Of a DNA stretch of 44,770 nucleotides, positions 39,044 through 44,770 are shown piece by piece. Each line of letters begins with the position of its first letter. Position 1 is the first letter of the stretch. The stretch covers positions 1 through 44,770 of the forward strand of contig CBFGRU010000001.1 of the NCBI GenBank assembly GCA_965651255.1, in the 5' to 3' direction. This DNA comes from an uncultured Phycisphaerales bacterium. Lineage in GTDB: Bacteria > Planctomycetota > Phycisphaerae > Phycisphaerales > SM1A02. Under the pieces are notes generated by a model that was not told the origin of the DNA, made no database searches, and saw only the letters and a program-made list of their open reading frames with translations. The position numbers were made by a program, and so were the translations under genes.

Positions 39044-39841
39044 GTGCCGGTCACCGAATTCATTGTCTTACTGATTCTTGGGTTCTGTGCGGGGACGTTT
39101 GGAGGACTGCTCGGCATCGGCGGGTCGGTGCTGATGATCCCCGTCCTCACGCTCCTGCTGCAGAAGAACTATCACCTCGCGCAGGCCGCAGCGATGATCG
39201 TGAATTTCTTCGTCGCCGCGCCGAGCGTGCTGCGACATCATCGCGCTGGTGCGGTGCGATGGACTCTGGCTCTTCGCATGCTGCCGTTTGGCGTCGTGTG
39301 CATCCTGATCGGCGTTTTCCTGAGCAACACACTTGAAGCCACCTGGCTCATTCGACTCTTCGGTGCGTTCCTTCTGTTTGAAGTCATCAACAACACTCGT
39401 CGGCTCATCCGGCGAAAACCCGAACCACTTCAGAGTCAGGCCCGCACGGGCTGGCCGATTGCGGGTGTCCTTGGTTCGCTCATGGGGTCGGTGGCGGGAC
39501 TGCTCGGTATCGGTGGCGGCGCGCTGGTTGTCCCACTCCTGAATCGCTTCGGTCAGTTACCCTTGCGACAGGCCATTGCAACAAGCTCTGCGGTCATGTG
39601 CATCACGTCGATCGTGGGTGCCGTGACGAAGAACGTCTCGCTTTCTTCATTGCAAACGGCGAGTGGAGATATGCTCTCGGTAAGGGAGAGTCTTCTCATT
39701 GCAGGGTGCCTTGCACCAACCGCCATTATCGGTGGCATGGTGGGTGCAACCTTGACCCACATTGTGCCATTGCCATACGTCCGTCTCGTCTTCGTACTTC
39801 TGCTGACGTACACCAGCTTGCAGATGCTGGGCGTCTTCTAA
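39044..39841 (+). CDS. TauE/SafE-family sulfite/anion exporter
   Basis: GFCAGTFGGLLGIGGSVLMIPVL is repeated as GLLGIGGGALVVPLL in the second half. 265 aa membrane protein. GTG start. Confidence 0.83.
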   Translation: MPVTEFIVLLILGFCAGTFGGLLGIGGSVLMIPVLTLLLQKNYHLAQAAAMIVNFFVAAPSVLRHHRAGAVRWTLALRMLPFGVVCILIGVFLSNTLEATWLIRLFGAFLLFEVINNTRRLIRRKPEPLQSQARTGWPIAGVLGSLMGSVAGLLGIGGGALVVPLLNRFGQLPLRQAIATSSAVMCITSIVGAVTKNVSLSSLQTASGDMLSVRESLLIAGCLAPTAIIGGMVGATLTHIVPLPYVRLVFVLLLTYTSLQMLGVF

Positions 39842-39853
39842 GAGCGGTACCGC

Positions 39854-40624
39854 TCATTCCGAGTCGCTACTTACCGTCGTTGGAAGCGAGGCCTCTGCCA
39901 CCTCCCAATATGGTTTCGTACCTTCAACGCGTTTGGGATACCGTCTTCCCGACCGCCGTTGAATCTCCGCGCGCAGTTCAAGCCGGTTTCGTTCCAGCAC
40001 CTCGCGCAGACGCAGGAGGGCATTATCGCCTCCTTCGGCCATGAATTCATCGTACGAGATCGCTGGAAGTGCTCGAAGCATGATTCGGCCCCGCAAGCGC
40101 GGCATACTCTCGCCAGCGGGCCAGACGTCAAAAGCCCCTTCAATGGCAACCGGAACGATCGGCGCCCGGGTGCGCTTGAGAATGAGCAGGACACCGCCCT
40201 TCAGGTCATTCGTCATACCGGTTCGAGTTCGGCCTCCTTCCGGAAAAATGACGATCGCATGCCCCTCCTGCACTTGCTGAATTGAGAGTCTGATCGCTGA
40301 CGCGCTCGCGCCTTCCTGATCGATCGGAATGGCACCGAGAGCGTAGATCAGCCACGCGAACGGTTTGAAAGTAAACAATCCGGTTCGCGCTATCGAACGA
40401 AATGTCCGTTTGCGAATGGCCAATCCGACCGCGATCGGATCGAGATACGACTGATGATTCGATACCAGTACAACTGGGCCTTCGAGGGGTATATGTTCCC
40501 TGCCTTCCACTCGAAACCGATAGCAGACCGTGAACCACACCCTTGTGATGAATCGGCCGATTGCCAGGGTTAATCTGCTCTTCAAAGATGCGCGAGCTCG
40601 CTCGCCGGGAGCGCCTTCACTCAT
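39854..40624 (-). CDS. plsC: 1-acyl-sn-glycerol-3-phosphate acyltransferase
   Basis: NHQSYLDP (HX4D) and FPEGGRT motifs. ATG 40624 forms an ATGA overlap with the cmk stop. The track start is 40651. Confidence 0.85.
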   Translation of the reverse strand: MSEGAPGERARASLKSRLTLAIGRFITRVWFTVCYRFRVEGREHIPLEGPVVLVSNHQSYLDPIAVGLAIRKRTFRSIARTGLFTFKPFAWLIYALGAIPIDQEGASASAIRLSIQQVQEGHAIVIFPEGGRTRTGMTNDLKGGVLLILKRTRAPIVPVAIEGAFDVWPAGESMPRLRGRIMLRALPAISYDEFMAEGGDNALLRLREVLERNRLELRAEIQRRSGRRYPKRVEGTKPYWEVAEASLPTTVSSDSE

Positions 40625-41373
40625 GCTGTGCGCTCCCCACTGCATCCACACGCCAACAGCTCATCGCTGCACGTTTCGCGAACGATCCGTTCAAGCTGAT
40701 CAACGACTTCTGAAAAGGTCAGATCGCTCGTATCGACGTTCATTGCACCTTCCGGCCTGATCAGCGGCCCATCGGCACGGGTTGAATCGATCCGATCCCG
40801 TCGCCTGATCTCCTCCTCAATTGATTCCACATCAACATCCTGGCCCTGCATCTTGAGCTGCGCTGCTCGGCGGCGTGCACGGACTTGTGCATCCGCATCA
40901 AGATAAAACCGGACTTGCGCATCCGGAAAAACGACCGAACCCTGATCGCGCCCCTCACTGACCAATCGAGGATGTTCATTCGCGATCTGACGCTGGCGTT
41001 CCACCAGGACTTCGCGCAGTTGCGGTTGCCGCGCCACGATCGACACAATCTCGTTCACTTCATCATCACGCAGTCGGCTGGTCACATCGCGCTCGCCCAA
41101 CAGAAGGTGCGGCGGATTCTCCGACCAGTCAAAGTGCAGCTCAGATGCCTGCACTGATTGGGCGACCTTCGACCCATCAGCAGGATCAATCGCCTGTTCA
41201 ACGGCGAGCAACGCCGCCGCCCGATACATGGCACCGGTGTCGAGAAACTCAAGTCCGAGGCGCTGGGCAAGCTGGTGGGCGACAGATGACTTTCCCGTGC
41301 CCGCGGGACCATCGATTGTGATAATCATTCTCCTTCCCACACAACCTCCAACCGCAAGAGCACGCGACTTCAT
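40621..41373 (-). CDS. cmk: Cytidylate kinase
   Basis: IITIDGPAGTGKSSVAHQLAQRLGLEFLDTGAMYRA. ATG 41373 overlaps the upstream stop (ATGA). The alternative ATG 41328 sits directly before the P-loop. Confidence 0.9.
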   Translation of the reverse strand: MKSRALAVGGCVGRRMIITIDGPAGTGKSSVAHQLAQRLGLEFLDTGAMYRAAALLAVEQAIDPADGSKVAQSVQASELHFDWSENPPHLLLGERDVTSRLRDDEVNEIVSIVARQPQLREVLVERQRQIANEHPRLVSEGRDQGSVVFPDAQVRFYLDADAQVRARRRAAQLKMQGQDVDVESIEEEIRRRDRIDSTRADGPLIRPEGAMNVDTSDLTFSEVVDQLERIVRETCSDELLACGCSGERTA

Positions 41374-42155
41374 TGCACGACGGTTTCAATTGCTTCGTTC
41401 AATACATCTCTCGCACGTTCGATCGCCGGTACAGGGTCATCCGAACCGATGTAATCGATGGCAAGGGTATTGGTAAACCCGACGGAGCGAATCGCTTCCA
41501 CACATTCTGCGAGATCGTACGCTTCGTGCTTCCCCTTGCTGTCAAAGCTACGAACGGATGCGTGGAGGGCTCCAGCGTATGGGGCCAGCTTGCGAAGCAC
41601 GCCAACGACATCCCCCGATGCGAATGCGTGTTCAAAGCTGGGGAGTGACCCGATACGGAAACCACCAATTCGCTTGATGAGATCAGTCAGACGATCCGGC
41701 GACCAGGTCAACCCTTCGTGCGGAGCAAGCAGGAGGTTGAGCTCCAACTGCTCGATCGACTGCATGGCATCACGCAACTGGCCTGCGGTATGTTCAAACG
41801 TCTCATCATCATCGGGGCCATCACATCGAATTCCTATGGCGTTGCACCCGAGTCGGTTTGCAGCCGAGGCAAGGCGTTGCACCCGCTCCAGGGCGAGGTC
41901 GCGTGTCTCTGCAACTCGGTCGCCAAGAGAAAGCGGAACGTTCTGTACCAGCACCAAACAGGGACATGCCGCCTTGTCTGCCCGATCCCGTAAGCGGTCC
42001 AGATCCAACGCGGACCACCCCGCCAGAGATCGAGCAAGGATGTTCAACCCACGCAGTTTCAGTTTCTTGATCGTGAATTCCGGAAGATCAAAGAGCGTCA
42101 TTCGCCCGGCTGAAAGCATCGGGATCACCGAACTGGACGTGAGAGTCAGGAGCAT
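41370..42155 (-). CDS. Xylose-isomerase-like TIM-barrel (sugar phosphate isomerase/epimerase family) protein
   Basis: ATG 42155 has GGAGA 5 nt upstream. About 261 aa with alternating beta/alpha pattern and family-like segments (NAIGIRCDGP, LNLLLAPHEG, ALHASVRSFD, TLAIDYIG). Assignment is tentative. Confidence 0.6.
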   Translation of the reverse strand: MLLTLTSSSVIPMLSAGRMTLFDLPEFTIKKLKLRGLNILARSLAGWSALDLDRLRDRADKAACPCLVLVQNVPLSLGDRVAETRDLALERVQRLASAANRLGCNAIGIRCDGPDDDETFEHTAGQLRDAMQSIEQLELNLLLAPHEGLTWSPDRLTDLIKRIGGFRIGSLPSFEHAFASGDVVGVLRKLAPYAGALHASVRSFDSKGKHEAYDLAECVEAIRSVGFTNTLAIDYIGSDDPVPAIERARDVLNEAIETVVQ

Positions 42156-42253
42156 CGAATCTCCACGGCGAAAGAGGTGCGATCGAGAAGATGCCGAGTC
42201 TACAGCCCAGGGGACGTCCGGCAAGTTGCGGTGTACGGAATGAATGGCAAGAG

Positions 42254-42282
42254 AAAACGCCGACCGAATCGGCCGGCGTTTT
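42254..42282 (-). terminator. Strong rho-independent terminator (minus-strand sense)
   Basis: Minus-strand RNA reads AAAACGCCGGCCG-AUU-CGGUCGGCGUUUU followed by CUCUU. The core is 9 GC-rich pairs. Its only non-Watson-Crick pair is G-U on the minus strand and would be an A-C mismatch on the plus strand. Confidence 0.7.
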
Positions 42283-42481
42283 CCGGAGGGGAGAAAGATC
42301 CAAGGGAATCTAGGCAGACGAATACCCTGCCCGCCTTTCCCAAAGAATAACCGAATACTGGGGCGATGCAATCGAAAGTCGCCATATTTTACCCAGTTTC
42401 CCAAGTCGCTGCCCCAAAGGGGCTTCCGGGCGTCTCACAAGGGATTATCGTCGTCCGCGTTGTTCATCTCGCACTCCCCGG
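42283..42481 (-). ncRNA. Candidate structured RNA (unclassified sRNA or cis-regulatory leader)
   Basis: Bounded by a promoter-like element and the terminator. 5' CCGGGGAG can pair with CUCCCCUCCGG at the 3' end. Internal hairpins lie at 42411-42423, 42357-42397 and 42304-42341. No credible ORF. No match by eye to Rfam families I know. Confidence 0.3.
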
Positions 42482-42485
42482 TAAG

Positions 42486-42514
42486 ATTGAACCCTATCCC
42501 CACACTTGGCTCAA
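42486..42514 (-). promoter_or_regulatory. Candidate sigma70-like promoter for the minus-strand RNA
   Basis: Minus strand reads TTGAGC (42514-42509), 17-nt spacer, TTCAAT (42491-42486). This places a start near 42480. Sequence match only. Confidence 0.25.
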
Positions 42515-42529
42515 ACGCGCGGAGACACC

Positions 42530-42913
42530 ATGCCCAGCCCGTCGGACCTCAAGTTCACTGACTCGCACGAGTGGCTCAAAGTCGAAGGCGACACCGTGAC
42601 CCTTGGAATCACTCAGTTCGCCGCGGATGAGCTGACCGACTTGACGTTCGTCGAGTTGAAGCCAGTTGGAACGAACATCGCTGCAGGCGATCAGGTTGGG
42701 GAAGTTGAATCGGTCAAGACGACAAGTGACATTTATAGTCCTGTGGCCGGTGAGATTGCCGAGCTGAATCAAGCAGTTGTAGATGACCCGTCGCTGGTCA
42801 ATTCCGATCCATTCGGCCAGGGCTGGCTTGTCCGGTTGAAGGTCGCCGATCTGAGCGGACTCAGCGGCCTGATGGATCAAGCCACTTACGACGCAAAGCA
42901 CCCGGTGGGCTGA
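42530..42913 (+). CDS. gcvH: Glycine cleavage system H protein / lipoyl carrier
   Basis: MPSPSDLKFTDSHEWLKVEGDTVTLGITQFAADEL...GEVESVKTTSDIYSPVAGEI with the lipoyl-lysine in ESVK. ATG 42530 is preceded by GGAGA. Confidence 0.92.
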   Translation: MPSPSDLKFTDSHEWLKVEGDTVTLGITQFAADELTDLTFVELKPVGTNIAAGDQVGEVESVKTTSDIYSPVAGEIAELNQAVVDDPSLVNSDPFGQGWLVRLKVADLSGLSGLMDQATYDAKHPVG

Positions 42914-43762
42914 GTGGCAAGTGACGTCGGTACGACGATTGATTTGACTGAGGTTTCGAAGTCCTATCGTCTCGGCGGCCGTCGAATCGAAGCACTTCGG
43001 CAGATCTCACTTCGAATTGATCGACCGGGATTCTTCGGGGTGATGGGCGCATCGGGAAGCGGGAAGAGTACGCTCCTTCACCTCCTGGCAGGACTCGATC
43101 GACCCGACGCGGGAGAGATCCATGTTGCTGGCCACGCGCTCCATCTCGCGAATGAGAAGGAATTGACGCTCTTTCGCCGGCGCGCGGTGGGCATCGTGTT
43201 CCAGCAGTTCAATCTCATTCCGACCCTGAGCGCATTGCAGAACGTCGCCTTGCCTGCAATGCTCGATGGAGTACCCGCGGATGAACGTAATCGCCTAGCC
43301 AGTGAACTGCTCACCAAGCTCGGGCTGAGTGAACGGCTGCACCATCGACCAGATGCACTGTCCGGCGGTGAACAGCAGCGAGTCGCCATTGCGCGAGCGC
43401 TTCTCTTTTCGCCGAAAGTACTTCTTGCGGATGAACCCACCGGCAACCTGGACTCAGCAAGCAGTGAGATGCTTTGGCGGTTGCTACGATCCATCGCCAT
43501 CGAGCGCGCGATGACTGTTGTGATGGTCACGCACGAACCCGCGGCTGCAGCACATTGTGAATTGATCTACGTCCTGCGCGACGGTCGCATCGAGGGAACA
43601 TTGGATGTTGACGGCATGGATCCAACCGAGTTGGCAACTCGGTATCAACAGCTTCTCCGGCCGGCGCTCGCGAACAGCACTGCTGATCGTGGCGGTCGCA
43701 CTCGCGACCAGCATGGTGGTTGCTCTCATCACGACGATCGTGTCGACACGCGCGGCGGTTGA
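42914..43762 (+). CDS. ABC transporter ATP-binding protein (LolD/MacB type)
   Basis: GTG start 1 nt after the gcvH stop. Walker A GASGSGKST, signature LSGGEQQRVAIARAL, Walker B LLADEPTGNLD. The ABC domain ends near VLRDGRIEG (about 43600). The remaining tail overlaps the permease gene. Confidence 0.88.
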   Translation: MASDVGTTIDLTEVSKSYRLGGRRIEALRQISLRIDRPGFFGVMGASGSGKSTLLHLLAGLDRPDAGEIHVAGHALHLANEKELTLFRRRAVGIVFQQFNLIPTLSALQNVALPAMLDGVPADERNRLASELLTKLGLSERLHHRPDALSGGEQQRVAIARALLFSPKVLLADEPTGNLDSASSEMLWRLLRSIAIERAMTVVMVTHEPAAAAHCELIYVLRDGRIEGTLDVDGMDPTELATRYQQLLRPALANSTADRGGRTRDQHGGCSHHDDRVDTRGG

Positions 43763-44770
43763 ACAACGACTCTTCGCTGCCTTGGGCACGACTGATGCTC
43801 GGATTGTTCACCTCTTCAATGGACGTTTTCCGTCCGATGTTCTCACCGAGGTGGAACGATGGCCGGAAGTACAACAGGCCGCCGCCAGTCTCTACGGGTC
43901 TCTTACCCTCATTCGAAGTGACCGGGCGCGCGATCTCGAGACCGGACAGATTCGCCGAATCACACCACGGGTGTACGGAATCCAACCGGGAACTGAGTCA
44001 CTGCTCCTGCCGATTGATATCCGTAACGGTCGCTCGATCGAACGTTCTGGCGAGATTCTGATCGATCAGAACACCGCGGAAGTGCTGGATGTTTCAGTCG
44101 GCACCTTGCTTGAAGTTCAACGATTCGGGGACCCGATCGAACTTACCGTAGTCGGCATTTACCATCGCCCCGTACTCGGGCTCATGCAACGACCGGAAGC
44201 GCGAGTTGCCATTGAGACATTGCAAGAAGCGACCGAGAGGTCAAATGAGATCACTCAGATCGATCTCGTGTTGCACGATCGTGATAACGTCGAGGCCTTT
44301 GTCGAGAAGTACCGGGATCAACTCCCAGATCAACTGGCACTTGAGCCGGCTGCGATGATCCGCAGCGGATTTGATCGCCAGGTTCGGGCCGGCAACGTGA
44401 TGCTGACGCTCGGTTCGTCGCTGGCGTTCATGTGTTGCGCGTTCATCGTGCTGACAGGACTCTCAACCGGACTGACCGAACAACAACGTCAGATGGCTGT
44501 CATTCGTTGCCTGGGTGGAACGCGGCGACAGCTTTTCATGGGACAAATCTGGGTTGGGCTGATGATCGGTCTGATTGGAGCCATTGTTGGCATCCCCCTT
44601 GGTGTTGGATTGGCGTGGATTCTGATCTGGTACTTCCGAGATTTCATTTCGTCCGGACTGACGTTTTCCTGGTTGGCGGTGAACTTCGGCTTTCTCGGCG
44701 CTATCAGTACCGGCGTGGTCGGTGCCATCTTCCCCGCGTTTCTGGCTTCACGTGTCGCACCGCTCCGGGC
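43605..44770 (+). CDS. FtsX-family ABC transporter permease (partial, runs off the window)
   Basis: Not in the ORF track because no stop lies in the window. The frame is open from 43566. ATG 43605 has GAGGGA 7 nt upstream. Translation gives MLTAWIQPSWQLGINSFSGRRSRTALLIVAVALATSMVV, a periplasmic domain, then ...GAIFPAFLASRVAPLR, the typical FtsX C-terminal motif. Confidence 0.8.
   Translation, partial: MLTAWIQPSWQLGINSFSGRRSRTALLIVAVALATSMVVALITTIVSTRAAVEQRLFAALGTTDARIVHLFNGRFPSDVLTEVERWPEVQQAAASLYGSLTLIRSDRARDLETGQIRRITPRVYGIQPGTESLLLPIDIRNGRSIERSGEILIDQNTAEVLDVSVGTLLEVQRFGDPIELTVVGIYHRPVLGLMQRPEARVAIETLQEATERSNEITQIDLVLHDRDNVEAFVEKYRDQLPDQLALEPAAMIRSGFDRQVRAGNVMLTLGSSLAFMCCAFIVLTGLSTGLTEQQRQMAVIRCLGGTRRQLFMGQIWVGLMIGLIGAIVGIPLGVGLAWILIWYFRDFISSGLTFSWLAVNFGFLGAISTGVVGAIFPAFLASRVAPLR

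Noticed and set aside
39842-39855. Palindrome GAGCGGTACCGCTC between convergent TauE and plsC genes as a bidirectional terminator
   Set aside because: The stem is only 5-6 bp with an essentially 2-nt loop and no flanking U-runs, and it overlaps the plsC stop codon. This is too weak to call.
42283-42529. Glycine riboswitch upstream of gcvH (plus strand)
   Set aside because: I looked for the conserved GGAGAG...CACCGAAGGGGCAA...CUCAGGCAAAAGGAC-type cores and did not find them. The terminator in this gap is more stable in the minus-strand sense and lies 247 nt from the gcvH ATG.
1-44770. CRISPR arrays, tandem or interspersed repeats, IS elements, prophage genes
   Set aside because: Reading through all intergenic regions, I saw no regularly spaced direct repeats, terminal inverted repeats, transposase or integrase ORFs, or phage structural genes. 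An exhaustive repeat search was not possible by eye.

Overview
GC-rich, densely coded chromosomal segment with strong G/C preference at third codon positions (judged by eye, not computed). I call about 40 protein genes and one tRNA. The content is mostly housekeeping: def-fmt, kdsB, pyrG, lysC, typA, xylB, ubiE, rplU, comM, cmk-plsC and gcvH. There is also an ECF sigma module, a GH2 plus sugar ABC uptake cluster, secreted hydrolases, a PEP-CTERM protein and a LolD/FtsX-type ABC pair that runs off the 3' end. PEP-CTERM sorting, lipoproteins and weak or absent Shine-Dalgarno use suggest a Planctomycetota/PVC-type genome; this is inference only.

I found no integrase, transposase, CRISPR array, reverse transcriptase, phage genes or recognisable defence or toxin-antitoxin cassette. 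The window reads as core genome, not an accessory island.

The best candidate for something undescribed is non-coding. The 374-nt gap between the TIM-barrel/cmk/plsC operon and gcvH holds a minus-strand unit running from a sigma70-like promoter through about 200 nt of hairpin-rich RNA to a strong intrinsic terminator. I could not match it by eye to any RNA family I know.

Secondary oddities are several enzyme-family homologues whose hallmark residues look substituted (B12-binding-like, QueC-like, transglutaminase-like, amidohydrolase-like), a 158-nt overlap between an ABC ATPase and its permease, and an atypical CTP synthase. All family calls come from motif recognition in the supplied translations. 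No database search was possible, and start codons are frequently uncertain.
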